From Octopus sinensis (Eukaryota): a stretch of DNA of 64,000 nt. The DNA lies in the NCBI RefSeq assembly GCF_006345805.1, contig NC_043003.1:9672001-9736000 (forward strand), in the 5' to 3' direction. Position numbers and translations under genes: made by a program. Within the stretch, counting starts at the first letter, position 1, and each line of letters opens with the position of its first letter. Below the pieces are notes generated by a model, which worked only from the letters and a program-made list of their open reading frames with translations, did not search any database and was not told the origin of the DNA. Below are positions 13,201 through 25,550 of the stretch, piece by piece.

Positions 13201-13873
13201 TTCGAGGAAATATCTGCTATGCAGAAGAATTGACCTACTTTCCTCTGAGCTGTTCCATTTTGGTCTTTCCCCCACTGAGTTGTAAAGTGGAATCTAATTT
13301 ATGTTCTGTATTTACCAAATTCATAATTTTCTCAGAATGGATCATTGAGAAGTAATAAAAATGACTATAGCCGAAAAATGTATCAAAGAGTGAAGAGGAT
13401 CGTATTAGATAGAAAAAGAGAAAACGGAAAAGAAAGACGTGGTTAACGTTTGTTTTGATAGTTCACCATTAATACAGTCGTGACGGTCAGCGGTCACGAA
13501 AATAAATGTCTGTTCCGTTAAGTTTCTCACACATTAACGAATAACACGTAACCACAATAACGACAAACAAAAACAAAAAATACAAAAATGCTAATTGCGG
13601 AAATGATCACAGCAAATACAAAAAGCGTATTTGTTTACACCGGTCAGAAACCAGTGTAGAATTTCTACTTAGAAATGTTCAAACACGATACAAACCAACC
13701 CGAAGAGGAAAAAGAAAACTACAACTTTACAATTCTCTATGTGAAACAGCGTGGTGCAGTTACATTGGATATTGAAAATATTTTGTTGATGCTGAAGGCG
13801 CCAACCACCTTTAATTTTGTGACAACATAAACTTGTCAGATTTTGTCTGTTATATTCTTAATGTAAGCCATTA

Positions 13874-14214
13874 TTATTGTTTTCAGTCGTGTTTGTTTGT
13901 CCCTAGACAAGATATCTCAAGAATCACTGAGTGGATTCGGATGAAACTTTTAGGGATGGTTGGCCTTGTGACTGACACAAACTGACTAGATTTGGGGATC
14001 GATCCAGTTCCAGACGAGGATTCTGGATTATTTTCCTGTTTTTTTTTTACTTAATTTTTGAGTGTGATCGGGTTCATGTTTAGTATTCTCCTTTGTGAGA
14101 GCAGTCGAGTGTATTTCAGATATTCTCATTTTAAAAAAACCCATCTCCTGCTAATCGTTGAGCAGACGTTGGTATTGCCTTGGCGAAGGTTTGCACTCTG
14201 TGGGTGCTCTTGTT
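13874..14214 (+). mobile_element. Non-autonomous Helentron/DINE-like element (HINE-like)
   Basis: 5' GTTTTCAGTCGTGTTTGTTTGTC microsatellite-like start, 3' CCTTGGCGAAGGT subterminal motif, and a terminal GCAC-N7-GTGC hairpin followed by T-rich sequence. Confidence 0.55.
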
Positions 14215-14569
14215 TATCTTATGTTACTCTTTAGAATAACTAGCATATTTTATGTTTAAGGGAAAGATAAGCTGTGAGGTTACATGTTCCCAGAATCTTG
14301 GTCATGCAAATTATAAAACGAATTCAAAGTGCCTGGTCAGAGTGACAATATGCTGCGTTAAATAGACAAAATACATTTTATTTCCTACGAGTACATCCTA
14401 TGAACTATTATGCTTTACACTATATAAAGACAGATGGGAAAAAGATGGATCTGGAGTGCCGGATGTTGGTAGCTATAGTGGTGAAGTTAAACGAGGGAAT
14501 GATAGTGGTTGAGGCGATTCTGAGCACGAATGTTGTTGAAACGTGCTTGAGGGAGATATAGGATGGCAT

Positions 14570-14742
14570 AGAGAGGATAATGGTGATAATGATAATTAGT
14601 TGTTGTTTTGGATTGGGATCATGGTGGTGGTGGTGATGTGGAATGAGAATAAAAATGGAGGGATGATAATGATGATGACAATCATGACGATGATGATTAC
14701 GATGATGACGATGATGATTACGATGATGATGATGATGACGAC

Positions 14743-14786
<44 letters not shown>

Positions 14787-15700
14787 GAATGTTGATGATG
14801 CGAATGTTGATGATGATGATAGTGCAGGTGGGGTGTTAAGACTGCGGCGGAGGTGATGATAAATTAGAATCGTGATGGTGATGGCGGATATAGTGTTTTT
14901 GATGACGATGATCCTGATGGTGATGATTGTTAGGAGCAGGAAGAGGAGGAGAATAATCATGGTGTTAATGATGGAAGTGATGCTAAGAGTTGTAGATGTG
15001 TTACGGACGGATAGCATAATTGTGCGCCATGATAATGATGGTGGCTTGATAAGGTATATGTCTTGCGTGCGGATCAAACCTTTGTGATGATGGTGAATGT
15101 GGTGGCATTATTCTCATTTTGCTTTTGAATAACGTGAATAAGGTGTTACTGCATCCATTTCCGGGATTGCGATAACACCACTCCACATCATTTCACCTCT
15201 GTCATCATCATCATCATCACCAACACTGCTCATACGGCCAATATCATCATTATCATAAATCCCACATATGTTGCCTTCACGAGTCATAAGTACATCATCA
15301 CATAATCATAATCTTAGCCCTCAACTACAATTAAACCTACAAACCATCGGCATCACCATCAGTGCCATTGTTATATTTACCACTACTTTCTTCTCCACCT
15401 CCCTCTCCTCCCCATCTTTGCCATTATTATAATTATCATGATCATCATCAACAACATCATTATCGCCTTCTTCCTCATCTCAGCTTAGCACCACCACAAA
15501 ATCGTCGTCGTTGTCGTCGCCATCATCATCAGCAGCAGCAGAAGCATCACCTCATCATCATCTACGTCGGTACCCGGTAATATTCTCCACTCCACTGCCA
15601 CACACAATGTCAAAATTAACATGGTGGATGTCACAATCTCTAAAATTATAGCCTCCACCATTATCATTACTACTACTACTACTACTACTACTACTTAGTA
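14570..15700. repeat. Degenerate (GAT)n block followed by degenerate (CAT)n/(TAC)n block
   Basis: Low-complexity trinucleotide sequence that produces the poly-Met/Ser/His ORFs. Confidence 0.85.
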
Positions 15701-16415
15701 TAGCCTTAGTATAGTTTTCTAAACTGAATCGTATGTCGATTCAACTACTAAGCCCGTTTACTATCTGTGGAAGTGTTTCGCATTATCTATTTCTTGCAGC
15801 ATACAATTAATGTTTAATTACACACCAACAAAGCAGCTGAATGTCCACTCAGAATGTCCACTCTTATATCGGACTCCAGCATAATTAAATTTTGAGCGCT
15901 AGATAGGTGTAGAGTCAAGGAGTTCCTTTATATTTTAACTCTTCTAAAAAAGGTGGAGTTAGTTTTTGTCACTAAATGTAATTATGTTCCTTTTACTGAC
16001 ATATTTCTAAGGTTTCTTTTTTATTCTTGTTGGTCGTTGGAAATATGACGGTTTTTGCCCTATGTGAACAAGTCAGGTGTTTTGTCTAATTAATTTAGTG
16101 TCTTATTAAACATGCTTTAAACTACATTACATATCATTCTGCCTCCCAAATTATTTTTCTTGGATTGAGATTTACCTCCATGATTGTTCATGCATTGTGA
16201 TTTGAACAATTTTGACCGTTGAAATTCCTTCGCTGTACAGGCAACACACAGAATTAACTTTTAGTCAGAGAAAGCTTCTCAAATAGACTAGGCTTTTGCG
16301 ACTTAGCGAAGATCTGTTTCAGGGTTTCTTTAATTTGAAGTATGCCTTGTTTTATTATGTTATATTTCTGTAATATTGGTGTTCCCTTTCATATCAGTGG
16401 TATATTTTGTTAATA

Positions 16416-17226
16416 TTGGGTTATCTCAGAAATGATGCAGTTTTTTATTACTTCTTTTATTTTTCGAGATTAAGATAAACAAAGGTCTTTTTAAATCTGA
16501 AATACATTCTCCTTTTCTACAATGCTCTTCCATCTATCTGGTAGACTTCCAAGGTCCCTCTTCCAAAATTCACTTGTCCGTGACGTAAAATACTCCTCCT
16601 GTACTGTTCCGACCTCTTCTACAGAATTCGTATTTTTCCGTCCAACTGATTTTGAAGACTGCGGGATAAATGATAATCAAATGGAGCAATGTCTGGCGAA
16701 TATGCTGCGTGGGACATCGTTTCCCATTCAAACTGCTCCAGCCATTGAAATGTCATTCTCACCGTATGTGGCCGAGCATTATCCTGATGAAAGAACACCT
16801 TTCGTCAGAAACCAACGATGGTTGTTTCTCTTCTAACGCTGACTTGAATGACTGGTTGAATGACAAAATCCAAGCTTCTTTGCTAGTTTCTCAGTAGTTG
16901 CGATGGGATTTTGTTCCACTAGGGTTTGCAGGATGTCCTCGTCGAGCTCTACAGATGTTTCAGGACGAGGCTCGTCTTCTAGGCTGTAGTTTCCGGCTCG
17001 GAATTTCTGGAACCACCGTTGATACTGGCTTACGCTTATTGTCCAATCCCCACATACTGCATTAATATTCCTCGCACTTTCCATTGCGTTGTTGCCCTTA
17101 TTGAACGCCTAAAGCAAAATATACCAAACATGCTTCTTTGTCACTTCCATTATAGCTTTGAAAAAAATAACTGCCTGTCTCTCTCTAACTTTTAGAAAAA
17201 CCCGCATTATTTATGGGATGACCAAG
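16416..17226 (-). mobile_element. Mariner (DD34D) transposon, internally deleted, with imperfect ~28-bp TIRs and TA flanks
   Basis: N-terminus reads MEVTKKHVWYILL*AFNKGNNAMESARNIN...QRWFQKFRAGNYSLEDEPR (ATG at 17150). C-terminus reads FHQDNARPH...YSPDIAPFDYHL, with exactly 34 aa between the two Asp. TIRs are TTGGGTTATCTCAGAAATGATGCAG and CTTGGTCATCCCATAAATAATGCGG. Confidence 0.9.
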
Positions 17227-18448
17227 TAACTTTTCCACTAATAAAGCGAATGTTTCTCTTGTTATCTTTCTTTTCTGTCTTTGTTTTCCAACGTGCTTGC
17301 TTGGATTTCTATATTCCGTATGAGTAGACCCAGCTCAACACATTAAATATATGCAGAGTATTCTTTTAACCTGTGGATATAGACATTCGGAAATGTTTTG
17401 ATTAAGTGGGCCACAGCCGATACAGTTTCATCGTTGGACATTTATCTTTGGGAGGTACTCTAGTTAGTGAATAGAAAAATGTTATCTCTTTAATTATTTC
17501 AACATTTAGATTGTGATCTTTACGATTTTAAACTGTACAATTTCTGCAATTTAATTTTATTTATCACGACAATGACTCGTGTATTCATTCTTAATTATTT
17601 TCGGTAGATTCGAACATGAATATGATAATTGCAGTTGCATCTCATCAATGAAGAACAAACCATTCTTTTGAACGGAAGTGTATTCCTGACATACTCAATT
17701 CATTAGCGTAAGGTGACTTTAGGGCACCCGGCATTTTGACATCATTCTCTCCTGAAGCAAATTTGAAAATGATTACCCATTTTATTTATTCTATTTGTGT
17801 TGGCACCTATTCTGGCTTGCAGGTGTAATTTCTCCTGACATGAAGCACTTAACGACCGTAGTTTTGTTTCGGTTTAAATTGCGGCAGTGAAATATTCATG
17901 TAGAATATTAGCATTTTCCTATCGTGAGCATTCTAGCTTTTGTGTTTTATTTGCGAGTCTTGATTTTCATTGCCAGCTTTTACTTTGGTTACCGTGTTTT
18001 TGTTTCTGGATATGTCAAGTTTTGCGCAGAGTGTTACGAAGGGAATTGTTTCTAATTTTAAAATTTCGCATATTAATGCTATTTGCCATCTTTTGGTTAA
18101 TGTGTTTCGAAGCCGTCCTCTGTTAATATGGCATGTTTTCCTTAATTTATTTACACGTGATATTTGAGTTAAAATTATCATTTCCATTAAGTTAATTATA
18201 TGATGCTGGCGTCAATAAAGTTTATTAAAATTACAAAAATGGTTATCCTTAATTTTTCATTAGGTCCTGTTTCCGATTGATTTTCTTTATGACTTAATTG
18301 ACATCAACAGATGTTACTCATTACTAATTTACTGCCCTCACATGTTAAACGTAAATACGTTTCCTTTTTGTTTTTCAATACCTTTTAGTGTTCACATTAA
18401 ACACCCCGTGATGTTCTCTTAAGAGCGCCCTAGAATGTTATCATTACT

Positions 18449-18928
18449 GAGTGAGAGAGCAGCGCATGCTATCAAAGTAACACTGGGGAACTAAATTTCG
18501 AAGCCCAATATAAGCAACATGACTATCCGTCTGACAAGGGTACAACAAGCACATGGCGGCGAGCTGGCAGAAACGTTAGCACGCCGGTCGAAATGCTTAG
18601 CAGTATTTCGTCTGCCGTTACGTTCTGAGTTCAAATTCCGCCGAGGTCGACTTTGCCTTTTATCCTTTCGGGGTCGATAAATTAAGTACCAGTTACGCAC
18701 TGGGGTCGATATAATCGACTTAATACCTATGTCTGTCCTTGTTTGTCCCCTCTTTGTTTAGCCCCTTGTGGGTTATAAAGAAATAGGTACAACAAGCACA
18801 TGCATCACAACCTTACGTGCGTGACATAGTGATCTGATATCAAGGTAAACAGCGCATGATCTTGCAGGTGGAGCCCAGGTCCAGTAGCCCATCTCACTCA
18901 AAAGGTTCCTGAATAAGAGTTGTTTAAG
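18449..18928 (-). mobile_element. ~620-bp element, copy C (interrupted by a SINE)
   Basis: GAGTGAGAGAGCAG start. Homology resumes after the nested SINE at 18786. Confidence 0.8.
18556..18785 (+). mobile_element. Well-preserved CORE-SINE (OR-like) with 17-bp TSD
   Basis: GGCGGCGAGCTGGCAGAA head and B-box-like GAGTTCAAATTCC. TSD GGTACAACAAGCACATG at 18539-18555 and 18786-18802. Confidence 0.9.
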
Positions 18929-18939
18929 AATTCAAGCAA

Positions 18940-19180
18940 ATTTGTATTGCATCACCTTTTACACCTCCTTGTTTATGAGGAATGTGCAGCATTGTGTGTT
19001 CTTTCTTTCGTTGCTGAGGGAGTGCAAACACTTCCCGATATTGTATTGTATCAGTTTATTTTGTTATAGGGTCTGATTGCCCTATTTCGTGGTATTAGCG
19101 TTTGTTTTGCCTGTTGTTTGTGTAATGCGAGCTGTGTTTTTCTGTTGGGTATCTGAGCTATAGAGTATATGTTGTGGGGT
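18940..19180 (-). mobile_element. Probable non-LTR 3'-end relic, homologous to 48065-48320
   Basis: Both regions share, on the minus strand, GGGAAG.GTTT...AAAGAACACA.AATGCTGCA...GGTGATGCA.TA.AAA. Family assignment is uncertain. Confidence 0.35.
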
Positions 19181-19200
19181 CTATTATTATTACTCTTATT

Positions 19201-19630
19201 GAGTGAGCAATCAGGGCATGCCATCAAAGTGACACTGCGTGAAAATATACGAAACACATCATGTACCCTATTACACGAATAGGGTACACCAGGCACATGC
19301 ATCACAAACACATGTGCACGACATAGCAAGATAAACAGCGATAAACCTTGCGAGTTGGGCCAAGTTAAAATTTTCTTTACGTCGAGTAGCCCATCGCAAA
19401 CAAAAGGGCCCCAAATAAGGTTTGTTTTAAGGATGATGAACAAAAGACCCATGTTTCCAAAGGTGAATTCTTCAAATCCCAAAGAATTCCTCCCAGCACA
19501 TGGCTATGATACGCCCCCACTACTTCTGCCCGTGATAAGAGATTCACATATCGTCAGCCACTAAGGGACATGCTCAACTGGTTAGTATCAAACAACTAAG
19601 ACGCATATCCGTTGTACTGAGTAAAATATT
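19201..19630 (-). mobile_element. ~620-bp element, copy D (truncated)
   Basis: GAGTGAG end abuts ATT repeats and the body aligns with the other copies. Confidence 0.8.
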
Positions 19631-19682
19631 ATTATCATTATATTCCTTCCATTTCTCGCCGAGTATTTTCTGTACACCTAGG

Positions 19683-19735
<53 letters not shown>

Positions 19736-19753
19736 GTAATTATTATTATTATT

Positions 19754-20198
19754 TATCACATATTTTGTTGGAACTCTTGGAGTCTTGCATGTGTAGTGGG
19801 CTTGCCACCTGCAGCCTACGATACCATTCTATCCATTCTTTTGAGTAATCTAATACTTCCTTATTGTTCTGCGACAAGGAGGCAAATCTTTTGTAACAGT
19901 TCTACTGGACACTCTATTACAATTTCCTTCATATTCTCCTTGATGTCTTTTGCTACTGTTCCCAAGGACTCAACAATAATTGGCACTATCTTCACCTTCC
20001 TCGTTTTCCGAAGCCGGGCTATTTCATACTTGAAAGGGTTGTATTTATCTACCTCTTCGCCTTCCTTCATGACTATTTGTGCGCCAAGAGGGCATGGAAC
20101 ATCAAATATATAGCATATGTGATGCATCTTGTCCACCATCATTAGGTATGGTCTTTTATGTTCTAACACCTGATATGTTGGATTGGGAAATCCCTGGG
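19754..20198 (-). mobile_element. Dong/R4-like LINE 3' end (RLE endonuclease) with (AAT)n tail
   Basis: LEHKRPYLMMVDK...YIFDVPCP...KYNPFKYEIARL...VKIVPIIVESLGTV is a PD-(D/E)xK RLE region. The (AAT)n tail lies at 19684-19753. Confidence 0.85.
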
Positions 20199-20517
20199 GA
20201 TAAACAGCGCATGACCTTGCACATGGGGCCCAGTTAGAATTTTCTTCTGGTCGAGTAGCACATCTTGCTCAAAAGGTCCCTGAATAAGGGTTATTTAAGG
20301 ATGTTGAACGAAACACCCATGTTCCCAGAGGTGAATTATCCAAACCCCAAAGAATTCTTCTCAACACATGGCTATGATGCTCCCCCACTACTTCTGCTCG
20401 TGATCAGAGATGCACATATCGTCATCCACTAAGGGACATGCTCAACTGGTTAAGGTCAAACAACTGACAAGCAAATCTGTGGCATTGAGCAGAATATTTG
20501 CTGTAGCCCATCTTTTA
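20199..20517 (-). mobile_element. ~620-bp element, copy E (internal part, fused to Dong fragment)
   Basis: Begins GATAAACAGCGCATGACC with no intervening microsatellite after the Dong fragment. Confidence 0.8.
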
Positions 20518-20589
20518 TTGTTTTTATTATTGTTGTTATTATCATCATTATTATTATCAATATTATTATTATTATTATCATCATCATCA

Positions 20590-20634
<45 letters not shown>

Positions 20635-20654
20635 TATTATTATTATTATTATTA

Positions 20655-21120
20655 TCATCCAGTAGACTTATTGCGTACTTTCACTGCAGTACCGAGCACA
20701 GCTTTGTGTGCCTTCGATATGTGCTGTGGTTTTGCTTTGGTTTTTTATATCTTTTACTGTATATTGAAAGTGTCCTGAGTAGGATGTGTGCGATGTGCTG
20801 TAGTGTTATTGTTGTATCATCTATATTCTGAAATCCTGGGATTTTTGTGGCGTAGCTGTGTGCATGTTGTTTTTGCCCTTCCTAAAGCACATATTAAGCG
20901 TAGTGTGGATTTTAAGGTTGCACATTCGGATTATTTATGTTTTCAGATATTTGTGTTTCGATAGTTTCTCTTCTATAATTTATCTTTTAGACATACATTA
21001 CCGATTGTTGTGCCTGATATGTTGATTACGAGGTTTTTTTTTTTTTGGTGCTCCTTGGTAAAAACATTTGTTCGACAAACCTGATCTCTATATTTTTGTT
21101 TACTGCCATATCCACTGCAT
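20655..21120 (-). mobile_element. RLE-type LINE 3' end with (AAT)n tail
   Basis: Minus-strand translation reads LICALG...KIPGFQNIDDTTITLQHIAHILLRTLSI, then a short UTR and (AAT)n. Confidence 0.55.
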
Positions 21121-21369
21121 GGTTGCTTTGTCATTTTCTGAGATGTTACCCGTCATATAACTTGTAACTTTAGAAGTACAACTTTGCTACCAAGTGTAAA
21201 ATGAGAAAATATAGCATACATACGCTAATTAACTTTTGTCAAATTACTTGGTATATGTTCACAAAGATGAAATGAATAAACATTTTCATACGAAAAAAGT
21301 TTTACAGCGTAAAATGAAATGAGATAAAATGTATTTCTCATTTGTATAATTCATCCCATAAATAGTCAT

Positions 21370-21840
21370 TTACTCACCTCTCCCTCCTCCTCCTCCTCTT
21401 CCATTCCGTCTCCTCCTCCACTTTTACTCTTTCTCCATTCTCCCCTCCCCTCGTTTTCCTCCCTCCCTTCCTTCCTTTCTCTCTCCTCCCTCTCTTCTTC
21501 CACCACATCTTCCCCTCCCCTCTTCCCCTCCCCTCTTCCCCTCCTCTTCTCTACGTCTATTTTCCTCTCACACTGCGCATAAAATTTGTTTCCGCACTGC
21601 CTGCCACCAAGCCTATTATGTGCATTCATCCTGCATCCTATTTTCTCTGTATCTCTTATTTTTGTCCTTTCCCTCATTTTAATTTGATGTAAAGCATGAC
21701 TGAATAAACAACCAACCAACCAACCAACCAACCAACCGACCAACCAACCAACCACCAACCAACCAACCAACCAACCAACCAACCAACCAACCAACCAACC
21801 AACCAACCAACCAACTAACCAACCAACTAACCAGCTAGCC
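21370..21840. repeat. Polypyrimidine (CT-rich) tract and (CCAA)n microsatellite
   Basis: C/T-only stretch at about 21380-21550 and (CCAA)n at about 21710-21835. Confidence 0.9.
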
Positions 21841-21999
21841 AACGTTTTTATCGGCCATTATTATATAGATATTTTCATTTACGCAACAAAAAATAAATGA
21901 ATAAAACAATAGTATTGATTTCGCTAAGTGTATTCAACGAAGCTGCTTCCCATATATTCAGATATTTAGCACATATCTTCAGGTTCTAGGTGGATGAAG

Positions 22000-23550
22000 G
22001 TGAAATACTTTCTGCAGTGTGAAAGTTAACTGTTATGCTGTTTAAAGATACCTATTTGGTAATATTTACATGCATTGCAAATAGTGCTTGCATAATGATT
22101 TCAAGTACCATTATCTCCTTGCAGTTCCAAAGCCGTCTAATGCTCATTTCTTGTATTCATATATATTTGCATTGCTTTCACTTTCACCCATGTATGAATT
22201 AGGTAAATTGCATCTATAATCCTCATAGGTTCTGGTATCTTTTTCAAGGATAAAGTTATCCGATTTTCTATGTCCTGTGTGGATTTTCATGTGTGATTTA
22301 ATGCTTACATGTAGATTTCCGACAAATTTCACTAGTTCACGATCATAATAATATTCTGAGCGAGTCCTTTTGAGATTTTTGCATAATTACCAGTGTATTG
22401 TTGATGCAGTTTTGTAGTATGTCCCAACCATCGTGATGTTTCTGTTGCAGGTTTTTTACATTTTGATAGAAGTAAGCTACAATCTCTAGTTTTTCGCCAC
22501 ATGTTTACATAATATATCTACATAATCTATCTTCGGATTTCTTGTGTCTGTATCTTCTGTTTTGGAGATGCTACAGTAGTTCCGCTGGAAACTTTCTATA
22601 ATCCTTTTCCCTCAACCTGACTCAAGAAAGGATGCTTCTAAACGAGAAGTTCTTAAAAGAATTTCTCGTTCAGTTTTTATTTCTTGTCTTGTTTTATGAT
22701 ATCTACTTAAATTTACTGGTTTTATAGTTCCATCTACTTTTTTCAGAATGTTTATCTATAGTCGACGCCGTCTTGCCCAAACAATAGTTTAGTATCACAA
22801 CACAGTTTTCTGTATTTGTCAAACTACTTTCACCGTCATTGCTTTTCTTGTAGAGTCTTTCAGTAGCAATCTTTTTGAAGATAATTAAGAATCCTGTAAA
22901 TCTTTAGTGTCCCAACAGCTGTAACAGCATTGCACAGAATGAACGAGACAGCTATCTCTGTTAACATCACTATTTTTCAGGTAGTATTTAAATATTTCAA
23001 TCACTCTTCTGTCTTCAGTTCTCAGCGCATCCTTCGTTTCTTTTTGTTTATGCTATCAACTTCTGAAATACCTATTTGCACTCAAAAATAAATTATGAAT
23101 TTATTTTATATTCTCACTTTAGGAAAGATCAGTTGCACTTCTCTTAGACATTTCCCCCTTTTCATGGTAAAAATACCACATTTATTAGTGCCGAATTCCA
23201 TGAGTTGTTCCTCACTGAACACTTGTACACTGTTCGACAAAGTGTGAACTCGTTCTTAGCAAATAAGTTCAGATTATCTTTAGATAAACGATAGTTGATA
23301 GTTTCTTTATCTATTCCTAATTCATCTTTCGTTTTCCATTCTTAAAATATAAGTCTTTCAGATGAGAATGATTACAGATAGAATAGGACAAAGATTATCA
23401 CTATGAAATACATCTCGGATTTTAATTACTTTCTCACAAATCTCATCGGCCGATAAAAGTACTGGCATTCGGTGGTTCCAATGACTTCATGTTGACGGCT
23501 ATTCTGAATATGTCCAGCCATTTGTTGATCAAGGAATGCGCGATACATAG
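22000..23550 (-). mobile_element. Decayed Dong/R4-like LINE (RT relic)
   Basis: Minus-strand translation gives IRDVFHSDNLCPILSVIIL, INYRLSKDNLNLFAKNE and VQVFSEEQLMEFGTNKCGIFTMKRG. Confidence 0.65.
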
Positions 23551-23554
23551 AATA

Positions 23555-23755
23555 TTTAGAACATCGGCTAAAATACCGTACGGTATTTAATTACGATGCT
23601 ATACATCAGAGATAAGTCCCACCGGGGTCAACTTTGCTTTCACCCTTTCAGTATGGATAAAAATAAGATAAAGTACCAGTCATGTACTGGAATCGATAGT
23701 AACGACTGAATCTCAACCCAATATTCTGACATTGTGCTTATGTTAGAAACTAGAA

Positions 23756-23760
<5 letters not shown>
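23555..23760 (+). mobile_element. CORE-SINE, diverged, with long (ATT)n tail to about 23935
   Basis: GGGGTCAACTTTGCTTTCACCCTTTC...GATAAAGTACCAG core. Confidence 0.6.
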
Positions 23761-23805
<45 letters not shown>

Positions 23806-23810
23806 TATTA

Positions 23811-23856
<46 letters not shown>

Positions 23857-23872
23857 CATTATCATTATTATT

Positions 23873-23935
<63 letters not shown>

Positions 23936-25472
23936 TGGTTCAGGTTCGGTCTTATTCCTGGTAGGAATTACTTGGATAACGAGTTACTACCTGTAACCTT
24001 AGGTATCCACAGGTTTCCAGTAGTCTTTCAAGTGCTTAGAACCTTTCTGATGTTCCTCACCGTCCCCAAGAGACAAACATTCTCTAGGGGCTCTACAGGT
24101 CATTCTATTCCGGTCCCCTTCAGCCATTCGTCTATACCTTTGCTTACTGTTCTCAGCGCACCAATTATTATAGGCACGACCGTTACAGCTTTCGTACTCC
24201 AAATTCTTCCTATTTCAATTTTTAAGGGATTGTATTTTTATTTTTTGTTTTTTGTTTTTCTTCCTCTTTCTTTTCAATTCTGCAATGAAATGGGTATGAG
24301 GAGTCGATTAGTATGCAACTTCGCTTATCTATATCTATAACTGTTTTGTCCGGTTAATTATTTTCTAACTTCTCCGTTTGAAGAAAATGTCCCACAAGAT
24401 CTTACATTTTTCCGACTCCAGTACTCTTTCGAATCGATTATTATACCATGGGTTTCCAGCATCAAATCCCCATTTCTAGCAAAGTTTCTAGTATAAATCT
24501 TTTACAACTTGGTCGTTCCTCCATTTCTTATACCCTTCCTGTGCCAACTTGGAGAATTCTCCCTCAATGTGTGCCACGGTCTCTTTCCAAGTTTCACAGG
24601 CCCTACATATTTCTGACACATCCATATATATTTTTCTCCAGTTTGTTTTTATCGTCTGATCTCGAACTACTACAACCAGGCTCGCTGATTCTTTTTTTAA
24701 GTGCCCCTTTTTTAATCAAGCCCAGATCTTCTACCACTTACATCTTCAGTGTGGCTCTCCAAAAGTGACCATGCAGAGATTTCTTTTCAATCTGCCTGAC
24801 GTGCCCTCTCTGTATGTCATCCTTGTCCTTTTCTCCTACTACACGTTTGATCGCCTGATTTTTATTCACTATATTTAGTAGTTTCTCTGAACAGCTCTGT
24901 AGATACACCACTAGGCTTTTTATTTCCATCTGTACACATTCTTCTACTGCTATTAAGCCTCTTCCATCCTGGTCTCTCCTCAAGTACAGCCGGTTGATAT
25001 CAGCTTTCGGATAGTGTTCTCCGTACATTGTCAACAACTTAGTTTCTTTATATCGTTTTTTATCCACTAATTAGAACTCCATATCCGATTAAGGGTACTG
25101 CTCTTGAAGTCACTGCTTGAATAAGATGTTTTGAAGTCAGCTTTGACTGCTATAATTCTCTCCCTCCCTTTGCATACTCTCTACTGGTAATTTGTTTCAT
25201 CATTTAAAAAAAATTTCGTTTGCTTTCTGTATTCTCAAAAAACTTATACCGCTACCCTTTTTTGACTGCTCATTGTTTGCCCATCTGGCATTTCATTTCC
25301 CTGCTTTCTTTCAGATCATTTTCAAAATAGAGCACTTTTCTATCCCAAATTTTATACCTTCGTCATTTGAGAAAGTGCGGATAGTATGTACAAGACTTTC
25401 AAGGCGTTTCTAATTTTTCGTACAAACTTTTATATCATCCATGAAAAGGAAATGATTTATCTGATCATTTCC
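23936..25472 (-). mobile_element. 5'-truncated Dong/R4-like LINE embedded in (ATT)n on both sides
   Basis: Minus-strand translation gives INHFLFMDDIKV...FSNDEGIKFGIEKCSIL and HYPKADINRLYLRRDQDGRGLI, then the RLE C-terminus. Flanks are (ATT)n at 23755-23935 and 25473-25550. Confidence 0.9.
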
Positions 25473-25519
25473 TTATTGTTATTATTATTATTATTATCAT
25501 TATTATATTATTAATATTA

Positions 25520-25550
<31 letters not shown>

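Noticed and set aside
17600-18200. Possible further decayed LINE RT
   Set aside because: Only vague motif resemblance (ILHEYF), too degraded to call.
21500-21550. G-quadruplex/H-DNA potential in the CT-rich tract
   Set aside because: This is a generic property of polypurine microsatellites, with no associated feature suggesting function.
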